Shown: positions 37,576-51,438 of the stretch, piece after piece
Layout of the letters: every line of letters begins with the position of its first letter
How positions within the stretch are numbered: the stretch's first letter is position 1
NCBI GenBank assembly: GCA_002633005.1
Contig: NMRA01000254.1
Span: 305,021 to 369,020, forward strand
Source of the DNA: Phoronis australis
Taxonomy: Eukaryota; Animalia; Phoronida
Length of the DNA: 64,000 nucleotides
Direction of reading: 5' to 3'
The notes under the pieces: model-generated
What the model was told of the DNA's origin: nothing
What the model saw: only the letters and a program-made list of their open reading frames with translations
The model's database searches: none
Made by a program: the position numbers and the translations under genes

Positions 37576-39038
37576 AGTAGAAGGCAACATTTTTTCATGT
37601 CACTTTTCGTAAAAATACAATTCTCTGATTATCCCAGACATCTGTTTCAATTAATTACGGCTTCTCGTACTTTGATTAATTAGTCGTGCCCTACTCCGGA
37701 AGTGACGTTTAGGGAATTAAAAATTTCATGCCATTTTGTTTCTGCGTTTGAGTGTACTGTGAAGATCTCTTCGTCCTGGTTTCCTAACTTTGACGTCACC
37801 ATTTCCCATCGACGAGTATTCTAAGACAAACTGGGTTGTTACAGAAATCAATTACTTTGTATTCAGGGATCGTTTAGTTTGTAGTAGCCTGAAAATGGCT
37901 GGATTCGGCGACCCATATCACAGACACAGTGACGTAGTGACGAGGAATTTTTTTAACGAACGGTCAGTCTGTGGATACTGTATTTGAGCCCGAGTTTAGT
38001 GAGGTACAACAGGCACAGGCAGCTGTTGAGAGGTATGAGGCACAGACTGAGAACGTCTTGGTCCAAATCCACGGCGTACACTGTTATGCCGACCTCAATG
38101 GAATGCATGTGCTGTTCCCAGTAGATGGTGACTTGAGCATCCAAACCGCTTACATGTACATCCTGCCGTGTGACTCCGTTGTCACACACCTAGCTCCAAT
38201 ACTTTAATCAAGTCCACAATAAACTTATTAAAGTTTGGCCTGATCACTGGACGACGAACTGTCCTCCTCACTGGGTGTCGAACTGTATTCACTCCCACTA
38301 CTCGACATCTCTGCAAGGCTGCTTACAGGCTCTGGGCAGGAGGCAACACCAGCATAGGGCAAATCACTGCTAGTTCCCGGAATTTCACGCTCTGGGGTAC
38401 GTTCTGAGGTACGGGTGACATTAGATGAAGGCAGGCTCCAGTCACAGGGGCTCGCGAGGCTTCTCGCCTCAATATGCACTCCTCGGGGGTGGCAACGGGA
38501 CAGTGCCGGGAATCAACAGCGTTGTTTTACAGGACCCTTCATCAATTCCGCAAAAACATCTCTTTCGTAATCACACGGAAGAAAATGCTTGCCACGCACT
38601 CGGTACTTCACATATTGCTTTGAACGTTTTGTGGACGGGTAAAGCTGCGTTCTTCACACGAACGAGCCAATTACGACGAAGTGTGTCATCTTTCGGAGAG
38701 CGAAGTAATGACATTCCCAAAGTGCGAGTGAGACGATAATGAGTTCATTCCGGTACGCAGCAAGCTTGCGGCATGTTGACTGAGTCGTAAACAAACGCAA
38801 ACAACGAATGAACTTATCACAAGCGAGGTAAAACAATGACTGACTCGACAGCTCACATAGTCAGACTATATGAAAACACTATGTCCGGAACTTCTTAACC
38901 CCGTAAACGTCACTTCCAGAGTAAGGCACGGCTAATTAATAAAATTACCGGAAGACAGTAATTAACTGAAGATATGCTTGGGATAATCAGCGAACCGTAT
39001 TTTTACTAAAATTGACATGAAAAAGGTCGCCTTCTCCT
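37576..39038 (-). mobile_element. Kolobok family 1, copy 3 (older, reverse orientation)
   Basis: TTAA at 37572-37575 and 39039-39042; KolX start on + (MAGFGDPY, FEPEF, MPTSMECMCC), THAP start on - near 38774. Confidence 0.88.
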
Positions 39039-40232
39039 TTAATGCTTTGTAAGTCGAAAATAAACATTGTATAAAACCAGTATTAGCTGTTGCCGGAACC
39101 AATTGTCGGAGTGTCAATACATTTGAAACTTGCGACAAGGCGAGAAATGTTCTTTCGAGTGATAACCTGCATAACACACGGCGTCAAAGTAATACTCAAG
39201 AAACTAACTCGTGTGAAAGAATGAGTGCCATCTTGGTCTGCTTCGGTAGTTTCTCAGTTTTGTTTTTGTCGAATTTAACAAGGAGTAGCTCCAGGAACGA
39301 GTTTCAACTTACACAGCCAAATTTCTCAAGTGGAACAAACTCGAGTCAAATTTTGTCAGATGCTTTTCACTCAGTCGTCAAAGAACAAGTTGTTTTCGAA
39401 ACAACTTGCATCTCTATTAAATGCAGTGTTTAAATTATACACATACCACCCAACCAGGAAACAGATCGTACATGTAATCCGCTGTCTAAATGTTAAAAGG
39501 GTACCAAACCCGGCTTCAGGTAATCAATAGATACTAAAAACGACTTTCCCATCCAGTACTATGAAAAAATAATGCTCAGCAACCTTTGACAACCCTCAAC
39601 AGTTTGGAGGAAAAATTGAGAATTGCTTTCAAAGTCTGCTAAACGGGGCAAGCGTAACCTACGCTTTTAGCAAATTAAGTGGCAACAGTGGGAAAAGACC
39701 ACCAACCAAGGACCATCATATCCAATCTGTGACATAGAGGGTATGTGTTTTAATTGATGCTACATTTAACGTGGAAGGTTGACCCCAATGATGCATTAGC
39801 AGGTGACACATCAAAACAATTTTTAGTATCCTTTGAAAACATGAACGGTGGGTCGAGGTGTGTCTTCTCATCACCTATCAGACGGCGAATATGCCCTCTT
39901 ACCGTGAGAATCTTGCCGGTACTTTCCAAGATGACGCAGCTTGTATTTAGACTTTCTCTTTTCGCGAGTAGTGACTGCACCTAATACATTTTGAATATTT
40001 CCTCCCCAGATGATTGTTAGGACGTAATCGGTCGGTTTAAGCAGCTGATCCGCTTTCTGTTCCGGCGTCCTACATACATGTACTGTCTCAAAAATTTTTG
40101 AACGTTGTATTACTTTACTTCTTTCCTCTTTCATTCATGTATTTGTGTAAGTAATTAAATCTACCATTTCCTTTGTGTTTGAGCTGTTATGTCAGACTTA
40201 GTGAAACAAAATTTGTCTTTCATATTTGTCAG

Positions 40233-40601
40233 ATCCTGTTTTCGGCACAATCTCTCAAAGAGCATTTGCTCCCAGAGGTTCAACTGCCAAAATTTCTTGT
40301 CAAGTTGCAAGCCACAGCCCGAGGAACTTTCTATGGAAAATTGGGTGGTTTAAGAACGAACAACTGATTGGCTTTTACCAATTTGACGACCACGGCCCTT
40401 CATGGAATCTCAAACAAGGACAGGTGATAGACAATCGTATTCACATTGAGCCCGGACGCCATACTTGTACGCTTCACAAATGCGGCATCTCGCTTCTTCT
40501 GGAGGACGTAGGGTACGCTGACGAGAAGTCAAAGTTCACGTGTTATGCGAGTGCTCAAGGAAACTGGGTGCTAGAATTGTACTCTCGAATTCACGTGGGT
40601 G
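40233..40601 (+). CDS. Mosaic receptor exon: Ig domain B2
   Basis: ISCQV...IGWFKN...FTCYASAQGNW...IHVG; AG/GTATGG, phase 1/1. Confidence 0.92.
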
Positions 40602-42344
40602 GTATGGTATATTTTGAACTACTACTTGCATGCTCATCGATGTCAGTTTGACCTTTAAGCTTGAAGTTTATCGTTCATTTGATTTTGTGCTGTGTTGTGG
40701 GCTTTACTTTGCTCAGTGCAATACCCAAAATGCCCGTGGTATCAAGATACTCAAGCATTAGAAAACCACAAGGGAGTGAGTGCACTACCCTCTAACATTG
40801 CGCCACCTTTACTGAAAATTGGTCCTGTGGAAACATGATGAACGACGCAAGGAATTCCGTGTGCGGGCATCATTGCGCATGCCCTGGTCGGAAATATACA
40901 TTGTACCGCTCACATCACCACCACTTGCACACGCCTTTATGCATTGTTCTTGTTTGGGCTTAAGCCACTGGATCGGAGCTCCCTTTATTTTGTCATGACT
41001 TAATGTTACGTACGACGTCGGTTTCATTGCCTTAACCATTCCACAATGCTAATGCTTTCGTAGCACTGTGAAAGAGTGTATGAGTGCACTTGCTTGGCTT
41101 CGCCGGTTCCAACGACTTCTATTGCAATCAGTTGACCATGCGTAACCGGGAAAGAAGTACAGCCAAGGGCAGTCATTGAGTTCAGGATTGGTGTTTGATG
41201 GAAGCACTGAACACTGAGTTAGCTGTGGGTTTTGCCGGGTAGTGCAAACATCAGTGGATTTGCCGCCTCTGTTCCACTCTGCCAAAGGCTGTGTGAACCA
41301 TCTGACGGGACAGCTTTGGGTAATTTCATTGTTAAATCGCCACGTGTGACAACTCAAACTTTATTCTGACTCCCATTTTTGTCCCTATTGCTCGCAATGA
41401 AAATGACAACAGGCTAAGAGAAAAGTAGTTAAAAAGTAAAACTGCACTTTTTGGCCCCAAACCACAACTCTCCTGTTAACACTGGATTCTGAAAGCAAGT
41501 TTAATACAGATTCCACGAATGTGGTGCAAAAGTGTTGTCACCCAATTAGATTATTTTGCAGTTATCTGAGGTCCACCTAAAATCGCAGTATATGTTTTCT
41601 GAAAGAAAAGCGACCAGAACGGTCGATTTTAATGAAATCTCTTTTAAATGAAAAATTCACCAGTTACCTCAAAACGCTGTTCGAAAATTTCAATTAGTCT
41701 TTTCGCTTGGTTTCTATGACATGTCAACTCGCAAAATGCAAGGTACCTTTGTAAAAAATAGCAGTCGTATTCGTCTTTGTTACATTACGCAAATACCAGA
41801 ATTAAATTTGGAAAGTCTCAGCAAAATCCACAGAGTCGTTTTCGAGAACTCGTTTTCCTAAGTTCAAATTAAATCAATTTGCAAAGCCGAGGAAAAAATA
41901 AATCGTGAAAGGTTATACTTTCAAGGTCCTCGGTTAATTATTCGGTGAAAATTTGCTTTCGGTCGATATAACCTGTACACCCCTTAGCTACGGTCATTAT
42001 TTCAACATTGAACAACAACATGTCATTTGCATTTGCAGTGCATAATTCACTTAATTAACAAAAAAACGTTTAATTTAATCCAAGTCGAGTGCATCGATTC
42101 CAAATAGGTCACGGGCGTAGCCAACATATTAAGTGGGTCAAGCTGGTGCATTGTGGTCCGCATAAAAATAGACACACCACGCGCTGTTAAACTCCTAACC
42201 CAAGTACAAAATGGATACAGAAATCAGGTCGGTGGCTAAAGCACGTCGTGAGCATGAGAACTTACAGCGGTTGTTTGCTTCCAACGTGGTTCTGATCAGT
42301 CTTTTTGCCAAGCTACACGGTATTTATTTCGTACCGTAATCGTT

Positions 42345-42510
42345 CGGGTTAACGCCCTGGGCGGTTAAATTGGCGAACCCAAAAAATCGGGGGAGGGCGG
42401 TTAACCTAGCAGTGGGCGGTTAAATCGAAAATCCACCTAAAGTAGGGGATGGGCGGTTAACCGAACATGGGCGCTTATTACGACAGTCAACCGCCCTGGG
42501 CGGTTAATCT
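42345..42510. repeat. Cluster of GGGCGGTTAA motifs
   Basis: Five copies at irregular spacing within ~160 bp. Confidence 0.75.
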
Positions 42511-43399
42511 TACCTGGCGATCTAAATCCCGACACGACACTAATACTCGGAACGCGTAGCCCTTTTCAAAGAGCTTCATCGTCACGTCGCCAAATGACTG
42601 TAAAAACGTCATAACAGCGGATGATCCCAACAAAGGTTCTCTTGCCCTCAGATTAGTCATTCACTATTAAATTAACAAAATTGCTGAGTAATAGCCCCGT
42701 GCCGTCCTGCGGTGCGCAGACGACAAGTGACTACGAAGCCTCCACTTGAATTAAAACTGTTTCAAGATGTGACCCTGCTTAAGTGCGCGCGTGCAAGCTT
42801 CACGTGTTGCAGAGGTCAGACATCAAATTTATGGTCTCGTACTAGATGTAGCTGTCAAGTTCTGAGTCAGAGAGCAGTTTTAAAATTGGTTGTAATAAAA
42901 GTTTGAAAAACTTAACTCTGCTGTTTTTTTGTGTTTGGGATGTTGTAGTCGACACTCCGTGACTCAATGACATTTTCTGCGTATGGTTTTGCGGCTAGCT
43001 GTCTTATCTCGACAGACCGGCATTGCTCTCTTGCCGTTACGCCAAACATGTCATGCAAAGAAGTAAGACAAGGATCGGGGGTGGTCGAGCCAGTCGTCGA
43101 TCATGAATAAAATTTCAAGCAAATGCATAAATATGTTACAAAATGTCAGAAAACAGCAATGTTTCAATTCATTATTCTAAACGATCACCTTACCAAACTT
43201 CGTGGTGGAAAAACATTTATTTTCATGCAAGATGTCCAGATTATCATATTCATATCACTTGTAATATCGCACTGCGGCACTGTTCGGTCCCGCTGTTATC
43301 GCGCAATGTCTCAGTCGGCTGACAATCGTGACTTGGAAATGCCGTCAAGTAATATAACGGCCTCTTTCAATATGCATCTCGTTTTTTATGGCTAAAGAT

Positions 43400-43686
43400 N
43401 NNNNNNNNNNNNNNNNNNNNNNNNNNNNNNNNNNNNNNNNNNNNNNNNNNNNNNNNNNNNNNNNNNNNNNNNNNNNNNNNNNNNNNNNNNNNNNNNNNNN
43501 NNNNNNNNNNNNNNNNNNNNNNNNNNNNNNNNNNNNNNNNNNNNNNNNNNNNNNNNNNNNNNNNNNNNNNNNNNNNNNNNNNNNNNNNNNNNNNNNNNNN
43601 NNNNNNNNNNNNNNNNNNNNNNNNNNNNNNNNNNNNNNNNNNNNNNNNNNNNNNNNNNNNNNNNNNNNNNNNNNNNNNNNNNNNNN
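43400..43686. other. Assembly gap
   Basis: Run of N. Confidence 1.
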
Positions 43687-43919
43687 ACAATTGGTGAAAA
43701 ATAGCACAAAACAAAAGTAGAATAGAACAGATTCGCACAGTAAGCTCAACGCAAAACCAAGTGGCGGGAAGCGCTTGCCTCCTAAAACGTCACTTCCGGA
43801 AAAGCGGACGAGTAATTAATAAAATTACGAAAAGCTGTAATTAAGTGAAAAATATGTCTAGGATAACCAACCAACCTTATTTTAGCTCAAAATGACATGG
43901 AAAAAGGTTGCCTTCGCCT
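43687..43919 (+). mobile_element. Kolobok family 1, copy 4 (right end only)
   Basis: Near-identical to ~27910-28142; followed by TTAA. Confidence 0.9.
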
Positions 43920-46307
43920 TTAAAACAGGGTTCAGTGCCCTTTTAGAAATTCGAAGATGGCGTACGAAACTGTGGACTCTTGTGTAGACGGCATGTTCGA
44001 CAAAGGATCAGTGAAAACAGTTCCTTCTGCAGACCTGGGTCAGAATCTTGTTTTTGTACTCTGAATCGAAGTTGTCACGACAACTGTATGCTCGTGCTCG
44101 AGTGTGTTATGGTTTATGCAGATGAGAGCATTCTCTTAATCTGCACTTGAAGACTACAAGAAACTTGATATAATCTCCAGGAAGAATTCATAACTTCAAG
44201 TAAAAGCACGAGATTTCAAGTAAAAAACTCGAGATTTTGCGTAAAATGTAAGATTTTGAGTCCGCACTGGACCTTATTCAGGTGCTAAGAGACAACGTAC
44301 AGTATCTGTCACTAATATGACACGATTTGGACCCACAGATAGGAATACAAACGCAGTCACGTCATATGTTCAAAAAGTGCAGGCCTTTACTTTTCTGATC
44401 CCAGTAACCATGGGGGCAATTTATCAATTGATTTTTTAACAAAATTATGTGTTTGGATTAATCTGTATTCTCGACAACGGGTGGCACCAGTATTATACTC
44501 CCGAGGAGTTGAAAAGGATTAGTATTGACCAGGTCTATGAACAGCGAATAATTTTCTAAGTGTTTAGCAACTTGTCGAGCTGCTTACGTCTAGCGTAATA
44601 ATTAGTAGTTTTTATTTTAAATTTGGTTTGATTTGGCGTAGTCCAAAACGAGAAAACGATGTCATACAGAACAAGCGATTACCTTTAATGCTGAGGTCAA
44701 AATAAATGTAAACTACATGTAGGATTAGAAATTAATCCATGGTGTACTGGAAAACAGAATGACAGACATTTATCTCGAGTTCGCACTAAACTAGAGAGGA
44801 CGGATGTCAAACCGAATTCCCTTTAATTTAGGAAGATTAGACCGGTCTTTGTCTGAGTTCTTTCCAATATTCCTTCCACTGGTGGCGATTACTTTTCCAA
44901 AAGTTTTAAAGCTCATATTGTCTGATTTGTCTGTCTTTGTGTCTAATAGTGACGTCATCAGTGTTTCCTCTTCAGCGACTAATTGCCGTCACAACATTGA
45001 GTACATTAGACATGTCTAGGCTGCTTATTTCACTAAAACTCGTGAAAGTCCGATATGCATGTGATACATGTATTTTGTTCAGCTTCAATAAATTTCCTCA
45101 GTTGGTTGTTCTAGTTCGTGCAACTTTCCCCTTCCGGTAAGTCCGGGATTTCCCTTACGAACAAAATCTAATTAGTGCGAGTTTTGCCTTAGTATCAATT
45201 GCTAACGCCACGTTCATTGATTTGCTTTCACTGGACTAGCGCATAGTGAACAACCTGCGAGTAGCAGATAAAGCTATTCTGTATCAAACCATGCACCTGG
45301 TAAGAGTTGCAATGCGAGAAATTTTGTAAAGAAAAAATGTAGTAAAAATCGGAAGCCGTTCACCATGCATGTACGTGGTACTCCACTCTTAACTGCCTGA
45401 TGGCTTGGAACACTGAAGCCCAACGTTGTATGTATGTACATGTACATGTAGCAAGAACAGTGAGACTGCGATGTTGACCACGCAAAATTACGCGGGTGAA
45501 AGGCGAATGTCTCTCGATTAGGCCGGAGCTCATTAGCAGTAGCCAAAATGGCGGCGGCCATTGGTGTGATAAGTCTGCAATGTTAGAATGTTGATGTATG
45601 GAATAGAATTCACGAAATATGAAAACAATTTACTGTTTCTGATTAATAAGAAAAGTTCAAGTACACAATACCCCGACCAGAACTATGGCAAACAGCCCTG
45701 GTCCTCCCAGCATCTTCACCTTTCTTTTCCACTGAGCGAAAAAAGTTTTGTTTAAAAACATTTGAAAGTGTGTTGGAAGTAGGCCAATAACGCTTAACCA
45801 ATTTTTGCTGATGTGAGGTGTCCTAGGTATAACAGAACTCTCTGCAGAATTTCTACTCGCCGCTAGCCACATATATTAAGTTTGGAATACTAAGAAATAA
45901 GAAGGAACATTATTTTTTTCATCGACAACAATCTAAAAATCAATCACAGGCCATTTGTAACTTTCACTTGCAGTACGAACCACTGAACTGAATGCCCATA
46001 CAACCCAGCGAACACCAGTTCTTAATGAGATCGGACTAGGTAAAATCGAATATGACAAAAATTGGTGAGTGCCACCATATTATGGTACGCCTGTCGTTTG
46101 GAACAAACGAGCATTCTTGTAATTACATGATTGTTACCCTAAAGTAAGCGAGTCTTCAATATTAGTTGTGCTCAGATGTGTGCGAGCAGGTCTAAACAAG
46201 TCTAGGTTCCTCAAGTTGCACCAAATTAAGAAACTATGCGACATTTTCCAGCAGCTACCGCCTTGTTACATTAGACTACTAATGGCATTTCCGTTTGTTA
46301 CCTGCAG

Positions 46308-46709
46308 ACGAGAGCACCTCGGTTAAAGTTGAACCACGCGCCCTTTACACTAGAGTTGGACCGGGTGTTGACGTAAGCATAGCCTGTCGGTACACTGTTC
46401 TAACAGGTTATTACTTGGATCGTATAGAATGGACCCGTGGCGACTCTACAAAGATCTTCCAGCAGTATTGGAGGAATTTCTCGTCCTCCGTTGAATGGTT
46501 CGAGAGATTTCGCACCGAACCCAGACGGGCAAATGTCTCTAGCAAAGGAACGTTTCTTGGCAACACAGTTTACCCCAATAGAGTTGCTGGCCTCAAAATA
46601 CATAACTTCAACGAAGACGACGCTGGCGTTTACAGCTGTTTAGTTAAACTTGTCTCCAGCACTGGGCAAGCTGTTGAGATTAAAGATGAAAGCAATGTCA
46701 TGGTTAGAA
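46308..46709 (+). CDS. Mosaic receptor exon: Ig domain A3 (V-like)
   Basis: VSIACRY...IEWTR...GTFLG...DDAGVYSCLV; AG/GTAAGT, phase 1/1. Confidence 0.92.
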
Positions 46710-47585
46710 GTAAGTCGCGACTGTTTGAGAAGCATCGGACGTTTTGTTCGAACACAACCGACGGTGTTCAGTGATGTGGGTGTTAGAAAATCCAGGAAGT
46801 CAAAAAATTTTGTTTGACAACTTCTTTGCCAATACGTCTGGCAAAAAATGAGTGCAAATGATCAAAGAACACAATAAACAGTCTTACCTTTTTAAGAGAT
46901 AAGTCTGAATATTTGGGCTTTCTGGTTTTCAGCATCTTTTCACTGGGATCCCGGTGGCACCGGTAACTATCGGCTGGCAATGCACACAGGATTATTACGC
47001 TACCTCATTGTGCGGGGCTGGTGACCAATTAGCCTATTAGAGTACCGTGTTTGTCATTACGAGCATAAGTATTTTGCATGTTGAAATGTGGAACTGTCCT
47101 CTGTCACTGGCTCGAATCTGAGGATCATCAAGTGCAAACTTGGACTAGAAAACCATCTGTATAAAACATAATACACCCGAGCACAGAGTAATAAACACCT
47201 ACTCCATCTTAAGTTCGTACACTGTACATGTACAATAGCAAAAAATGTCAAAAGCAATTGCAAAATAGAATTCGAGTCTGGACCCTGTACCCAAACTTTT
47301 AATTCCTGACTTAGACTCAATACGTGACCGATCATATCGCACTATTCGCAACTTTACTCAAGCATACACCCATGATCTGGCTGTTTTAAGTCCTTCCAAA
47401 AATCGTACCCGTTAAAACAGATGTAAATCCGACCATGCCCTCGTTGGTAGACCTGTATGTACTGCTAAAAGGGTTGTCGTTTAGGAAAACAGACCTGTGA
47501 TATCATGCAGGCCAAAATATCCAACTAGGCCTTACAACTTTTTGGTGGTCGCATACATGTGTATACGTGACATTCTTTTTCAAAG

Positions 47586-47951
47586 GCCCAGTAACGGTGT
47601 CCATGCACTCGAAAACCCACGCGCAGAAGGGTCATACTGCAAATGCGCAATGCGTGGTGAAGAGTGACGGAAGAAATTCACACGGTCTTGTTCACGTCTT
47701 CTGGATTATCAACGGACACAGGGTGGCGTCTTACATTCCAGCCCGCAGCAAAGCGATGGAGCTGCTTGAAACCCGTGAGAAACACAGACTGGGGTCTGTA
47801 ATCAAGCAGATGCGGGGCGACATGAACAACATTGAAACAACTCTGATGGTGAGGAACGCCCAGTACGAAGACGAACAGTTGGAAATCGCGTGCTCTGCAC
47901 GAGCTTATTTGGACTGGGATGTCAAGGCCGCGACACAACTTCGTATTGATG
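47586..47951 (+). CDS. Mosaic receptor exon: Ig domain B3
   Basis: AQCVV...VFWIING...IACSARAYLDW...LRID; AG/GTATTT, phase 1/1. Confidence 0.9.
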
Positions 47952-48372
47952 GTATTTAAAATTGCTACTTCCTTATACATGTATAGAGGCTTAAGATATG
48001 TGATACCTTTCGTGTGTGGAAGAATCGAATAGTTGAGGACACCAGTAGTACTTTTGCAAAGTTCTAAAGAGTGATAGCCAAGGCCTTTTCCACAAACTGG
48101 CTACGCTTTCATTTGGAAAACCAACCTTTTCCCTGCGTTTTCAAAAGCTGTTTGTACTTTTGTTGAAGTACTAGCTATTTCTGAAAAATGTTTAAATATA
48201 GTTTCATTCTACAGGCCCAGAAGAGCCGTATGATTATTACCGTGTTTGCGCGTTCGACAAGTCGAGATCCGCCATAACAACGGCCACTGTTGAACACACC
48301 AGTGTAACGCCATGTAGAACTGGCACGGTGTAAAAGTTGTCTATGGTGTACAATTGTTAGCGTTCACTTTAG

Positions 48373-48594
48373 ATTGCACCGTCTTTGGATGTGAACACTC
48401 TGGGAAATGCAACAGGTACTCCAGCAGATGTGCGTGTACCCAGAACTTTCGTGGAAGAAATTGTGAACTTGACGTGGACGAATGCCGCCAAAAACCACCA
48501 CCTTGCAGTAAAATGTCTTCGTGTGTAAACGTCTTTGGCTCATACAAGTGCACGTGCAACGTGGGTTACTATGGAAATGGTCGCACATGCCAGG
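48373..48594 (+). CDS. Mosaic receptor exon: EGF plus calcium-binding EGF
   Basis: CEHSGKC...CAC...GRNCE then DVDEC...CVNVFGSYKCTC..GYYGNGRTC; AG/GTACGT, phase 1/1. Confidence 0.95.
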
Positions 48595-48743
48595 GTACGT
48601 CATATATGATGCTAAAGTCATCTTTTTCAATCTTTCTTCTTAGCCAGAACGATTATTCGCAATTTATGACCTCTCGAAGCCAGACTGTTAGCGTCGTTCT
48701 CCAAGTTGTCGGCTTTTACATTCTAGATTATAGCACCGAATAT

Positions 48744-48970
48744 TCTGCGCTCCAATTGGTCGCCAATGTGACCTCAGATCGTGTTTGGCGACATGGGAAA
48801 AATCTCAAGTCACCACGAAGTCCCGAGAATGGGGCACGATAGGACCTTTTTTAGTCTGTGATTTCTACGCCGGATAGTCAACGTCAGATTTCATTCATTT
48901 GGTGACCTGGGATTTTTGCCAGGTCGCCAAGTGCGACATGGCGCTTACATGTAGCTAACTTCGAGCGCTG
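48744..48970. mobile_element. Palindromic MITE (hAT-like ends)
   Basis: ctgcgctccaa / ttcgagcgctg ends; inner inverted ttggcgacatggg..aaatc.caagtcacca / tggtgacctgggattt..ccaggtcgccaa. Confidence 0.5.
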
Positions 48971-49915
48971 AAAGTGAATGCATTTTATCGAGAGAATCTT
49001 TCTATTTCAAATTTATTGAAGCAACGGTGAAATAATCTGAAAAATGATAAAAAGATGAACTCTCGTACCGATTTAATTTTAAGTTTCATTTATTAATAAA
49101 TGATGTTGCTTCTAAAATATGATTTACGAAAGCCTTATCAATCCTTAGAAGTGGTGGCTGCAAAAAGAAAAGGAATGGCTCCATAATGTTTTGAGCTTCT
49201 CGAAGTTTAGGTACTTCCTTGGGCCTAACAAATCAATTTGAACCTGCATGCATTATTCAAGACCGGATATTAAGGGTCAAATCCTGAAAATGTACGCTCC
49301 CAAGTTTAAATGTCGCCGGGATTACGCAGATCACGCTTGGTGCAAACCACAATCTTGTGAAGAGTTTGTGTCAACAGACGACACTGATAACATAACAGGC
49401 CGAATAGCAAAAAATGAAAAGTCAGCAATCTGCTGTTTATAGTGTAACCTGAAGGCGAAATATTGGTTGATGTTGTGAGTGAACGTTTCTAAATGTTGAA
49501 GTCTTAAAAATTTGGCCTGTGTTTTCACTGAGTTGAGAAACAGCTTTTTGTTTAGACCACATACATTATAAAACTGGTCCTTACTGATCTTAGAGCTTTT
49601 AAGTTCTAAAACTTAAAAGTCTCTTGGCCTGGAATGATTTGACAGTTGACTATTTGTTCAGACGAAACCCATAAAAATTCAATTCACCTCATCTAAAGAA
49701 AATACCAACTGTCATTTTTGTGCAGCCCAGAAATCCTCTCGTCAAAGAAAAGAGCGATTTCAGATCATTTTTATTACGACACAACGTACACTGGCATAAC
49801 CTAGAACTTGTTTTTAACACATTTTACGGGTTTAATGCCGCTTTAAACAAACTATTTAGGTAAAAGGACACATAAAACGCAATACACTCATTCCATCGTG
49901 TGGTGTTCATTCTAG

Positions 49916-50026
49916 CCAACCCCAGATGCAACACTCAACCTTGTAAGAACAATGGAGTGTGCTTTGACGATCCTCACGGCTTCAAGTGTCTGTGTTTGAA
50001 GGGGTTTACCGGAATTCGTTGCGAAA
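49916..50026 (+). CDS. Mosaic receptor exon: EGF domain
   Basis: ttctAG...a|GTAAGT; NPRCNTQPCKNNGVCFDDPHGFKCLCLKGFTGIRCE; phase 1/1; absent from the ORF track. Confidence 0.93.
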
Positions 50027-51323
50027 GTAAGTTGTATGTTCAGAAAACTATGCATATATAGGTACATTTTTGTTGTAAAATTCCGTTTGCACAAAGTGCA
50101 AGAGGTTGGCCCTTGTCACAGTGAAGCTGTATCATTGGATGAAGAGTTGCGCAACTTCAATGTCGCCAATTTCTTTTCTGAACCAGACACCAAACAAAAT
50201 ACATTTGGCCGTCATTTAAATTACATTGGCAAGTGACCAGTTCAGTATCGACTCGAAGATTAACTAAAGGCGATCGACGTTTATAATTATAATTTAAATT
50301 TCACACAAAGTCGAGTAAAGTTTTTGGTGGCGATGGGCAATGCGTAGGTTGTATGGAGGTACGGCAAGCAACTGCTCAGGCAAGAGAGCGTGTTCTTAAT
50401 TTCTTCGGCTTTGTTAGGAGATGCTTTTCTTCAAAATTTCACAAATGCGTACTGACGATTTCCGACTAGGGAAAAGCCCCACTGGGACCTCTTTCAAAAA
50501 CAAGGTTTTAAAAAGACTACATGATACTCTTTCTGGAAATCTTTGCATGTCCGGCACGTGTGGAAAATGTGAGCAAGATTTCAATATTTTCGCATATTTT
50601 GAACTTTAAAATGACCGCTAATATATTCCAACGTGATCAGTGATTGCTAGTCGACAGAAGCCGCGTCAGACTTTGCTTGGAGCAACCTACTGTAACTGTC
50701 CACCACATACACTGTACCTTAAAAACATGGCTGAACGAGGGCAGTGTGGACGGCATTATAATTTTCCGAAAGAACTTTTCCCTTTTTTCCGAAATACCTG
50801 TCGAATATCTTTTTTACCCAAATTCACTTCGGTAACACGACGTTTCTCCAGTGTTGGCCCAGTCGTATAGTGTGCGGTGACGACCCCTGTTGTCTTCCTT
50901 CTGTTTAGGTCGTGACGTCTACAATGCCAAATAGTGCACGAAGTAATATACATCTATTCCTCCTAGACCTACATGTTTAAAGGAGATTGCTAGCTTAGTA
51001 CATGTAGGTATTATCCAACTCACGACAATCAAAAGATTATAACACGACTGTTGAAACTCCCAAGTCTGAAATTATGCTAAATGCTATGTAAGTACATGTA
51101 GACATACATGTACAGTATACAGTACGTTTCCAAAAGGTATAACCTGTGAACAGAACTTCCCGTGGTCTGCATCAGTTTGCACTGGATGCAGTGATCATTC
51201 AGCACGACCTCTCCACACCATTGTAGAAATTGTGTAGTTTCTCTTTGTTTTAATTTGAAGTTCTTCCAGGAAATAACAGAGTGTCACAAAGCTTAGTAGT
51301 ACTCAATTGTTTTGAATTTCCAG

Positions 51324-51438
51324 ACAGGATCATCAAAAGACACGAAGGTCTTCCTGGTACCGAGTTTATTTATATTCTCCTGGCCGTGCTTGGAGTAATG
51401 TTTGCACTGGTGTTGCTCATATGCTTGTGGCGAAAAAG
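51324..51438 (+). CDS. Mosaic receptor exon: transmembrane helix
   Basis: FIYILLAVLGVMFALVLLICLW followed by the RKR stop-transfer; phase 1 acceptor, phase 2 donor. Confidence 0.9.

Noticed and set aside
40809-41357. Coding-like minus-strand ORFs in a receptor intron
   Set aside because: No recognisable domain or consistent splice structure; possibly a TE relic but unsupported.
48215-48301. Possible extra exon (GPEEPYDYY...) after Ig B3
   Set aside because: Good acceptor, but the nearest good donor gives 13 nt (frameshift) and the in-phase donor GTGTAA is weak; unresolved without RNA data.
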